64,000 nt of DNA, taken from assembly GCA_000320545.1 (NCBI GenBank), contig ADNK01000407.1:1-64000 (forward strand). The letters run 5' to 3'. How positions within the stretch are numbered: position 1 is the stretch's first letter; each line of letters starts with the position of its first letter. This document shows positions 55,289-64,000 of the stretch, one piece after another. Position numbers and translations under genes: made by a program. This DNA is from Bigelowiella natans CCMP2755. Its lineage: Eukaryota > Protista > Cercozoa. Below the pieces are notes generated by a model, which ran no database searches, was not told the DNA's origin, and worked only from the letters and a program-made list of their open reading frames with translations.

Positions 55289-56926
55289 CAGATACGAGTG
55301 TGGGAAAGAGGAGGAAGAGAAGGAAGACCAATATAACTACAGAGCAATGCAAAAGGATGTAGACGGGGACGATAATTCGTGAATGTGAGTGAAAGAAAGA
55401 CAGAATAGTGGAGGTAATAGCATCAGCACTAGTTGTGTTGCGGTTGCTTTAAAAGCAGCAAAGAAGATAATGCAGAGGGGCTGGGAAGGGAGAATATTCT
55501 TAATTAAATTTCATTGCCTTGGGCAGGCAATCTTGTTCTGATTTCCTTCCGCCGCAGTGACAAGGAGAAGAGGTGGCTGGGGGCTCAGCGCAGATGCTGC
55601 AGCAGAAGTAGCAGTTGGCATTGGTGTAGGGGGAGGCTGATGGAATTGGTGGAGATGCTGCTGCTGCTGGTGGTGGTGGTGGTGCTGGTGGTGGTGGTGC
55701 TGTGTAGGAGCTCTACGTACGCCAACATCAGCCTTTCGATCGTTCTGTTGTGATTGCTGTTGCTGATACTGCTGCTGGTTGGTTATCCTGGTAAAGTGAA
55801 GAGAAGGCTGTTGCTTTTCTCCTCCTCCTCCTCCTCCTCCTCCTCCTCCTCCTCCTCGGTCTCTCTGCAAGGGGGGAGGAGAAGCAGAGGTTTATGCAGA
55901 TGACATGACGAAGCAGGAGGCGAACAAGTAGTGGTAGTAGTAGTAGTAGTACAATTGGCAGATGTTGGCGATGGTATTAGCGTAGTATGAGCTTTCTTCT
56001 CAAAGTCCACACGCATTCACATATGCTACACACATGCATACACTTGGAGCACACACACACTTTTGTGCGTAGGAAGTGAATGGATGTGTGTGAACTGGAG
56101 CACACACACACACACACACACACTTTTGTGCATAGGAAGTGAATGGATGTGTGGTGAACTGGTGGTGGTTTGCACGTGTCAATAAATGGAGGGAATCACC
56201 TGCGCAGGGGGCGGTGGTGGTGGTGGTGATAATTGTTGTTCCTGGTAAGCAGCATCACCAGCAGCAGTCGATACAGAAGCTTTGCGGGGAAGTAGTAGCG
56301 ATAAAGGTGATGAGGATGCTGCTATTGCTGATAGAGATGAGGACGACGATTGTGGTTGGCTGCTGCTTGAAGATCCTGTAATGACCTTCTCGTTACCACC
56401 AGAAGCAGTAGTGTTTATTACGTCACTGCCACTATTATTGCTATCGTTATTGTTGTTGTTGCTGCTGCTGCTGGTGGTGGTGGTGGTTGTAGTGGCATTG
56501 TTGTGGGTGGTTTCGGGAGGGCGCACACCTCCACGACCACCACCTCGTATGCGGGCAACAAAGGATGTCGCCTGTTCGTGGTGGAGGCCTACATCATCAT
56601 ATAGTATTAGGAGTAGTACTACTTGCCAAGGGGGGGGAGGAGGGGGTGTTAGCATATGTTTTCCTTAACGATTCGAAATTGTTAGCAAAACCATCCAACC
56701 CAGTCGGCTCACCACTACCACCCCCACCACCACCACCACCAAAATCACCAGTGTATTAACGATGACGGCAATGTATGCACATCTATACTAGATAGAGGGT
56801 GAGGGTAGAATTATGATGGCCGACCGTCAAGATCTTTCACGACTCTATTAGTGCTAGTGGCTTGCTTGAATGCTTTGGAATATACGATAAATATTGTAAA
56901 ATAAATGCATAACCCATTTCTAGATG

Positions 56927-56957
<31 letters not shown>

Positions 56958-57301
56958 ACACACATACACATACACACACAGACACAGCACATCATCCACA
57001 CTGTTGCTAAATACCCCTGATTTTGGCTCTCCAGTTACCGACGGTGGTGTCAGTTATTCGGAACCTCTTGACGTGCTCCCACATCGCTTGGCATAACCAT
57101 GCGACCACCTTCAAATGCTTTGAATCCTCTGGTATTATGACATTTTCTTCTCCTCCTTCTTCTTTTCCCCCTCCTGAGGCGACCAGTGCAAGCCACTGTT
57201 CCATCTCGGATATCGCGGACATTTGAGGCTCCATAAATTTGCTGCCGGTGGACCTGATCGTGCGGTTGCACACCCGAGCTAACTCCTTCGTCTAGAATCA
57301 T
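49525..57301 (-). CDS. One or more large low-complexity (poly-Q/H/G/P/A) hypothetical proteins
   Basis: 755-aa terminal ORF plus many upstream minus-strand exon-like ORFs with short globular-looking pieces (e.g. RRYGVDGKYAQKTFRKQYWYLCERALN). Gene number unresolved. Confidence 0.5.
56043..56162. repeat. Two-copy imperfect tandem duplication containing (CA)n
   Basis: tggagcacac..ttttgtgc(g/a)taggaagtgaatggatgtgtg occurs twice. Confidence 0.7.
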
Positions 57302-57613
57302 GCATTATTAAGTGTGAAAATGATAGTGTTGACACAATATCATTATACTTTGTTTATGTGGGTCTTGTGGCGCATGATGATGAAAATGAAAATTTGAGGA
57401 CGCTGTTTATCTCTCAAGCCATAAGTCGCCCCTTTCTGAAATGCCTCTTCTTTCCTCTTTTATGTCACTTACGAAGATAATTGCGTTCATGATTCCGATG
57501 CGAATTTTGGCGTGAGACTTTCGAAGCTCCTTTTTAATCAATCATGAATGTGCACTTATACGTACGATATACAATATGAGTGCAATTATAAACACACACA
57601 TATTAAAATAAAG

Positions 57614-57646
<33 letters not shown>

Positions 57647-57647
57647 T

Positions 57648-59080
57648 TTATATATTCATGTTTTCACGCATATGTACAAATACATTTCTATTTTTCAGAT
57701 ATATAATATGCAATACTCTTATTTTGCATCGTAGCACATTAAATGATTCTTCTGCCTCGTGTTGATACTGATACCTTCGTAGCCTCGTGAAAGCGACTTT
57801 GTGCCATTTGTACATCCTCAAACATTCCCAAAACACCTTCACCCCAAAGGTTACAGGCCAAATGTACCTTTGAAATGTTGGGATGCACATACAACGGACA
57901 TCACCATAGTAGTAAGTTGCACCAGGATCAGCAAAGTTCATGCACGTTCTGATGGCATATATTTAAGATGATTGATTCTTTCTCACGAACGAACCTTGGT
58001 GTTTGTATGGCGGCGGCTTTTCAGAACGTCAGCAGTGGCTGCGATTCCGCACACGCCGCAAATGTCCTTTGTCATTTCCCTTATTTTCAAACAACGATTA
58101 GTTACGTCTGTGAAACTGGAACGTCAAAACCAATTTTGATTTCGCTTTCTTCCGCTTTGTGACGTAAGTTTTGCTCGGGGTTGTGCTCCTGAGATCGTGA
58201 CAAGCAAACGAGAAATACCTAAGCTATCAAGCACGTATAACGCAGGAATAGTGGTGCTACTGAATCGCTAGACACTTTATATAAGTGCAAAAATGAAACG
58301 CTTCAATTTCGTCGGATGACCTCCTGCTCATTGCAAAGCGAACTAGCGAAACATCGACGGTGCTTGCGACACATTGTTACATTGCACCACACAAACAGAA
58401 TCTAGATTTTAGCCTCGTCCCACTATAAGGGCCTTCTTGCTTAAAACATCGATTCAAAAGGAGCATTTGATCACAGTGTTGGACCTCCATCAAACGCAGA
58501 CGAGGAGAGGCACGCTTGACGTTAACAAGCTGAGTTCGATCTACGACAACATATTTCGAGTATTTCTGAACTGTTTCGCAGTGCGTTTTCGACTAAAGCA
58601 CAGGTCGCCAGACGGCCAAACCCGGAGGGAAAAAGCTTCCGATTCAGACATCCTTATCTCCCTTCCAATCCAAGATGTGGTGGATATATCGAATTTCTCT
58701 ATCTATTTCCTTGTCGTATGGTCTGATTAAAGTGGATTCTTCCACCTCGAGATTTAAGCATTGACTACCAGCGTCCTGAAACTCGGACCCCCCGGACGAT
58801 GGGTTGGCTATTCCATAATTCTGGCAAATCCAAAGTAATTTGTCGCATGAAAGGAAAGACGTCAAAACCGTCACTTGAGCCATTTCACTCTTCTTTGCAT
58901 CTGGAGATTCTGTGGAGATGTGAGGATCGTCCTGGGGACATCTCTGCGGCTCCTGCGTGTTGAAAATCCAGGGCACGAAAGACAGAAGCGCAAGGGATGG
59001 TGAACCACAAGCAAGAGCAGCCATCGAGTGAAAGCCGCTTTCTCCTTTGATGTCGAGAAGCTTGTGACCCACGAACAAGG
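57648..59080 (-). CDS. Hypothetical spliced protein
   Basis: Exon-like ORFs 58644-59078 and 57648-57941 with short introns; no domain recognised. Confidence 0.35.
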
Positions 59081-59285
59081 TGCTCGTAAAATTGCAAAAT
59101 TTGTTGACGAAGGAGAGAATTCGACGACATAGAACACAGGGAATTTGGGGAAAGGAAGGAAATCAAGGGGCCATGAAAGAAGTGGGAGGCGATACGACGA
59201 AACCTCTGGAATTGACTGACTTGAAATTCATATTGTCTTTGTTACATTTGAAACAGAATACCAATGGGAGGTACATCTGAAAACG

Positions 59286-62103
59286 ATGGCAAAAGGTATT
59301 TTCCATCATCCTACAAATTCTGTTAAAAAGCACTAACTTGCCTGTTCAACAATTAGTGTCGCTGCGCGACTTAGCGCCGCCGAAGCGATGAGGAAAAAGA
59401 TCAACGCTATGCTGATGGCAAAAGGCGTATTGAAGAAAGGTGGGTCATCTTAATCAGCTGGACTAAATGAAACTTCGGAAACTGATGGAAGCTCTTCTAA
59501 TAGGCGATACCCCGACTGCTTCGCCAACTGTATCCAAGGAAATATCGATAAACGATTCTGCAAACCGAAATGTTCTCATGAAGAAATCTATTCACGTTAT
59601 GGTCGTTTTCCTTGGAGGCATCACCATGATTACATTTAAAATCTCACTTTCCGCATTCTTTAGATCGAAAATCAAAGCAAAACAAAAGTAATTGTGAAAG
59701 GCACATACGTGGCTCCAGGTTGTAATTTCGAACCTGAGATGTAGAAATTCAACTAATTCTATTTATAATTCAAGGGTCAACACCATCTCCAGGGGTCAGA
59801 CCGTTATACCTGCTTCTTACAGCAACATCGCATGAAGGTATTTGGTATCCTCTCCTCGTTCGCCTGGAATCTAATCCATTCCCCAATAGATGTCGCAAAG
59901 GCGGAAGGGATCATTAACAAGTTTATATCTGCTGGAAAACAAGAAAAGTCTGTCCCAAAGAGTTCCGATGGAGGGCTGGTGATACACTCCAAGGCTGTTA
60001 AAGAAAAGAAAAAAACACCTAGTTTTTCCACACTCTCGCTACCAAAAAATATAGGCGCGACCTCAAAAGTTGGTGTAGAAAATGCGAAGACAAAGAAGAT
60101 TCCCATCTCCTTGAGTATCTCCATGTGCAAGTTGATGGAGTACCCTCTTCTCGAGAAGCTATCCGGTCCCAACAATGCCTATTTGGATCACATCAACAAG
60201 ACCTCGGGTGCGACAGTCACGATTCGAGGGGAGGGATCATCTATGTCAAGCTCCGAAAAGCTTCATTTTCATGTTTCCGCGATAAACGATTCTGTTCTGA
60301 ATTCGGCGGTAAATCTGGCCGGGAATCTTCTGGAGACCATTTATCAAGACTATCGAGTGAAGACAGGCGCAGGATCTGTTCGAACGGAATCCGCTCCACC
60401 CGCTCCGACGTCGGCACCCCCTTCTTTACCACCTGGAATAATAGCTCACGGTGGTTCTCAGCCTCAACCCCCACCACATGCTCCCGCTGCTCCTGCTATG
60501 AACTACGGTGGTTATAGAGCGCCGTATTCAAATCATCATCCTCATCAACCCCCTCCGGGATACGGCAGCTACCCACCTCCCCATGGATACAACAACAGCT
60601 ATTATGGATATAATAATAATAATAATCAGCAGCAGCAGCAGCAGTACCCAGGTGCTTATGGGGGGCAGCCATATTATAGTAGTGGTGGAGGTCCCATGCC
60701 TATCCCCTCAATGCCACCAACTTCTCAATATAACCCTGCAAGGCCGGAGTACAACCCAGCGGCGGCGGCCTCGCTTCCTTACTCTGGTCCCTCTGTGGTA
60801 GGCCCAGAGCCAAATCAAAAAACTGCTGTAAATAGTGATAATAGCGACGAAGACGATGATGGTAGGGATAGGAACAGGAGCCGAGACAGAAGAAGAGATA
60901 GGGACGACCGCAGGCGGAGAAGTGAGTCCCCACCTAGACGTAAGCGGTTCTCTGAGGGTCCAGTAAAGAGGAAGTTTGAGGAAGATGACGAATCATCTGA
61001 TGGCGACGATTCGCCGAAAAGAAAACGCTCTTTCCGCGAGGAACCCCGAAAGGTTGCGGATCTGCGGTGTTTGTTAAATGAAGTCGTTCTTGTACATTGT
61101 GTGATTGACCTTTATTGCCGCCGTCGAAGATTGGAAAGAAATTTAGGGAGATCGGAACCGATGGTTTCACTCAAATACAACAATTGCTGTGTCTGGAAAT
61201 ATGACCACGATCTAGTTATTATTTTGCAATGTGTGTGGGTGTGTGGGTGTGTGTGATTCGTTGCACATACAATATCTAATTTCATTAAATAATTGGATTA
61301 ATCTCACTGAAATTCGTATACATACTACTACACCGTCAGCATCTTCGGTAACTCTCTTCCGTTGTTGATGTCATGCTAACACCATACTTTGCATCATAAA
61401 TTTATAACACTCAGAGACCGGCATTTTCGGAAGAATCGAAGGTGTTTTTGGCGCAAATAATCATTTTGTGTTTTATTGATTGAATTCAGGAATGCCTTTA
61501 CGAATTCGTATTCTATGAAGGGTTTAAAATTATAGTTAGATTTTGATCGCGAAACTAAAGAAATGATGCCCAAAATTTAAATGTGTTTTTAAGTCCGATT
61601 CAGGAGAGAAGAAATTTAAGTTCACTTCACCTCCTCCACCGCCACCTTGTCTCGACACCCCTCCTCCTCCGCCCCCAATCCATGAAGAGAAAGTTGAGCC
61701 AGAATCTTTGGGTCAACGTGTTAACAATATGGATAAAGGTACGGATACGAAATTCAAATTACTTCGTGGCTTATGGTCGCTTTGTTCAGATGAGTGGGTG
61801 TCGACGGGATTGGGAAGGTTAGTAAATTATGGCGATAGTGATAGCGAACAAGAGGATGTAGAAGTTGTTTTGCTTGATAAAGACGGGGAGAAATGGCGTC
61901 AAAAGAAGCCAAAAAAGGGAGCAAGAAAGAGTGTTTCGTTTTTATCACACACCGTGGCTTACAAAGCACTGCGTGCATCCGGAAAATCCATCGATGAATC
62001 TGCTGAAGAGGCTCTGAGAGAATTGAGCCCAGCAGACAGGCAAAGGATCCCACCAATCACAAACACTGTCAAAGAATCCGGAGTCAAATTTTGGATGCAA
62101 TGA
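59286..62103 (+). CDS. KHDC4: KH-domain splicing-associated protein, KHDC4/BLOM7/RIK family
   Basis: EISINDSANRNVLMK, VIVKGTYVAPG..RPLYLLL, KLSGPNNAYLDHINKTSGATVTIRGEGS..LHFHVSA..AVNLAGNLLETI; P/Y/G-rich and RD/RS-rich tail; LVNYGDSD. Confidence 0.85.
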
Positions 62104-62178
62104 TGACTTATGTTGTGTTTTTGGACTTGCGTGTTATACAGCTTGGTGTTTAAGATCGAATGATTATACGCAAACACA

Positions 62179-62223
<45 letters not shown>

Positions 62224-62249
62224 CAAATTTATGTATGTTGTTTCTATTT

Positions 62250-63050
62250 GGTATATCATGCCATTGCCTGCACTAGCTAGTGCATTTCGATGCGCAGCTT
62301 ATGGCAGCATCAAAACGCTTTGATCCCAGCCAGACTAGCAGAGCTGCGACAAATCTATGCAGGGAGTTAGCGCGCATGTGCAGCTGCGCATGCGTCTACA
62401 ACAATACGATACGATATAGCATGTAGCAGACGCAAATCTAGACTGCTGGCATGTGTAAAGAGTGCTTGTGTAAGTTGTTAGCTGACGACGCTACGTGCGT
62501 TCTAGCGTTGTCCGACATGCTGCGCGGTCTAGCTAGCTAGCGCTGCATGTTGCACATGCTACGTGGCTAGCATGTACTTCTACGTGCACATCTAGAGAAG
62601 CATCTAGAGATGTGCACTAGCTAACTAGATACAGCGCATGTTGTCAGCAATGCAATTGTGAGGAAACGCAATGAAGATGTTTAGATGTGCGTCAGTCGCG
62701 CTAGGCATTGTAGCATATACGTACAACAAGACAGCCTACGGCTAGCTAGACCCAAATGGGCCTAGCTAGCTAGCTAGCTAGCGAGTAGCGAGCGAATGGT
62801 TGTTGCCTAGTTCTAGAGTTGCAAGTGTCGAACGCTAGAAACAGGCATACTAGCATACGTTAAACGTACGCTAGCACGACACCAGAGGCCTGCCTGCAAG
62901 GTGCTGCCCAGCTAGCCAGTCTACAAAAAATAACATGCTGTGCCACCAATTGTATTTGTATATTCATTGCAGAAACGAAAAAGCACAACATAAGCTAGAT
63001 AAGCGCTGAAACCGCTGCTCTGCATAGCTACATTAGGATGACTATTAAAA
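62250..63050. other. CTAG-rich island 9
   Basis: (ctag)n at 62761, many tctaga/gcatgc; between convergent genes; an intact (TA)n tract lies just outside at ~62182-62218. Confidence 0.85.
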
Positions 63051-63369
63051 AACTGTAATAATTTCATTACATCCGTCTCATATTTATTCTGAGTACATTA
63101 TAGATTACATTGCAAAACACGAATCTAGAAACAATTTACGTCGGTTCTGTTACGAATTTCTGAAACACTATGTACTTAGTTAAAAATGTAGACAGTAGAA
63201 CATTGTTATCCTACTGTTCGTGGATCGAAGTACAAGTAGATGCAAGGATTGAGCGATCGAACATTCACGGTAAGCTCATGGAAACGTCAATTAACCGACG
63301 GGACCGACAACAATATAGTTATCCTGGAATGATCAAACGAGGCTAATTCGCTCTCTAAAGTCGCCTACA

Positions 63370-64000
63370 TTACGTCTTTTCCTTAGAATTCTCTATAGCA
63401 TTGCTTAGTTTTTCAAATTCATTAGTGAAAGACTCAATTGTGCTTTTTTTTTCTTCCTCCTTTTTCTCTTCCTCCTTTTTCTCTTCCTCGGTTTTACCAA
63501 AACTTATCCCGAGTTCTTCATATCTAGAATCTTGCCCTTTCAAATCGATATCATTGGTTGATTCATGCTTTTGGTCATCTTGAACTTTGTCTGGCTCAGA
63601 TATTGTAGGATTTGCACGTTCCAAGGGTATAGAGTGCTGCAACAGAGACTTCATTGTTTGGTGCAATGTGCTAAACTTAGGATCCTCCTCAATATTTTTC
63701 ATCTCAAGAAAACTTCGTAGCTGTTCCTGCCATGCCAATATTTTTAATCTCTGGTCTAGAATGGTAGTATCCTTATCTCCAACAGCCCCCCGAAGGCTTT
63801 GGTTCAATATCTTCAGGTGTGACACTTCTCGAGTCAACTCCGAGATACTGTCTCCCGTTACCTTCTCTGTTGCATGAGCACTTGTTTCCACCTCGTGCAA
63901 GCGTTCTCGAGAGGAAGCTACCAGCAACTCTAAATCTCCAATTTCACGTTCTCGGGAGCGACGTTGTTCCAATAGATTGTCATTCTTAAGTTGGAAACTA
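63370..64000 (-). CDS. 3' end of a coiled-coil protein (runs off the window)
   Basis: 200-aa heptad-like E/K/L-rich ORF. Confidence 0.6.
   Translation of the reverse strand, partial: SFQLKNDNLLEQRRSREREIGDLELLVASSRERLHEVETSAHATEKVTGDSISELTREVSHLKILNQSLRGAVGDKDTTILDQRLKILAWQEQLRSFLEMKNIEEDPKFSTLHQTMKSLLQHSIPLERANPTISEPDKVQDDQKHESTNDIDLKGQDSRYEELGISFGKTEEEKKEEEKKEEEKKSTIESFTNEFEKLSNAIENSKEKT

Overview
Gene-dense, intron-rich eukaryotic nuclear DNA with GT-AG introns and many microsatellites. Two plastid proteins of plant/green-algal type (PSRP4/bTHX and a DUF760 protein) carry signal-peptide plus transit-like leaders, so the organism is probably a secondary-plastid alga such as a chlorarachniophyte (inference). 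Most tracked ORFs are microsatellite noise, so I spliced exons by eye. Recognisable genes: fructose-1,6-bisphosphatase (ends in -SKL), a DUF760 protein, a calpain with UBZ/RanBP2/GRF zinc fingers, a C2H2 zinc-finger protein, ALG14, a SLC35C2-like transporter, RING1/RNF2, PSRP4, an SK-type K+ channel and KHDC4/RIK, plus several hypotheticals. The main unexplained signal is nine intergenic islands of 0.4-1.3 kb. In the clearest ones TpA is nearly absent except in CTA/TAG context, while CTAG, CATG and TGCA accumulate. All nine abut a gene 3' end, six lie between convergent genes, and none is in a divergent promoter gap. This suggests a targeted TpA->CpA/TpG ('reverse-RIP') mutation or base-modification system. 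Exon boundaries are hand-called and approximate, and all counts are hand counts.
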